Assembly: GCF_009914755.1 (NCBI RefSeq)
Contig: NC_060927.1
From: the human T2T-CHM13v2.0 reference genome, Homo sapiens
Reading direction: 5' to 3' (one strand)
DNA: 64,000 nt
The stretch's first letter is position 1, and every line of letters begins with the position of its first letter. Positions 63,056 to 64,000 of the stretch are shown here, one piece after another. The notes beneath the pieces were generated by a model that had not been told where the DNA came from, searched no databases, and was given only the letters and a program-made list of their open reading frames with translations. Position numbers and translations under genes: made by a program.

Positions 63056-63920
63056 CTGCCCCTGTGTGATGTGAAGTCACTTGTTGATGACCTCTTTTTC
63101 TTAAGCTGATTTAATTGGATTTCATTTTTTATAAACAGTCATGCCCTTCATAAACCCAGATTAATTCAGTTAATAATATGAACTTGCAGAAAGTCTGAAT
63201 TGGTGACATACATTTCTAAGCGAGTAATATTCTACATTATGGAGTCTAAAAAGATGTTTCAAAATCTGTTTGATACACATCTCCTATCATTTTTTGCACA
63301 ATTCACATACTTTTCATATATATTGCAAAACTAAATATCAATCCAAAGGATATAAGTATTGTCAAATTATGAAATAGGAGGATGAAAATTGTGAGATTAA
63401 ATTGGACTAAAGCAAGATTTGAAAATGGCACATCATTTCCTTTTGGACCTTCCATACAGTTAAAAAGCCTTTTGAAAGTATGCTGGCTTCTTAAAAATAA
63501 AGTCAATAGACATATTCCAGGGACACTAGATAATAATGTCTTTAGGATAATAACTGGCGACACACCTTATTTGGAACAACTTTTGCAAGGAGATACTAAA
63601 CAACCACAGAATTAACACAAATGCCTGAGATTATATCCACAAAGCACTAATTTTAGATAGCTTACACAATACAAAATTTAGCAAGGAGTACTAAGGCAAG
63701 GAATGTGCCTGTGAATTCTTCTTCAAGTCAATGCCAAAAGCTTATTGACTAAGGCTGTTTATACCCGGATTAGAGCCACATCAGCTGAAACTAACACTCC
63801 ACCCTCTTCCCTTAGTTCCCTTGCATCTCAGATGGCCTATTAAATTCTTTACTAAAATGTCCTTTAGGGACTTCATATTATGTCTTCCTCCTCCTAGACA
63901 TAATAGGACATTAGAAGAGT

Positions 63921-64000
63921 CTCTTATTGCATTCAGACTACTATAACAAAATTCCAAAAACTGAGTGGCTTATAAACAACAGAAATCTATTTCTCACAGT
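63921..64000 (-). mobile_element. MLT1/MST-like LTR end, running off the window
   Basis: ctataacaaaattccaaaaactgagtggcttataaacaacagaaatctatttctcacagt. Confidence 0.7.

Noticed and set aside
63303-63615. Two antiparallel ORFs of 77 and 86 aa
   Set aside because: No recognisable homology or convincing exon boundaries; length expected by chance

Overview
Great-ape/human-type AT-rich genomic DNA, roughly three quarters interspersed repeats by eye. I cannot support any host protein-coding exon, RNA gene or CRISPR array; the recognisable ORFs in the track are decayed L1 ORF1/ORF2, HERV-W gag/pro/pol or Alu read-throughs. The interest lies in retrotransposition and repair history that can be read from the junctions. 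(1) A HERV-W (HERV17/LTR17) element on the minus strand (38705-44292) starts at the LTR R region with no U3, the signature of an L1-made processed pseudogene. It has lost RNase H-integrase through a microhomology deletion and is cut at the env ATG, where it is fused to a broken L1; this implies a multi-kb deletion that removed the 3' ends of three elements. (2) A full-length L1PB nested in an older L1PA15/16 carries about 210 bp of extra DNA inside its target-site duplication, an apparent very old 3' transduction. (3) Three 5'-inverted (twin-primed) L1s. (4) A tail-less internal L1 fragment inside a MIR. (5) Tandem duplications and template-switch palindromes inside old L1s. I found no evidence of a new biological system. 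Subfamily names are from memory of consensus sequences and need RepeatMasker/Dfam confirmation.
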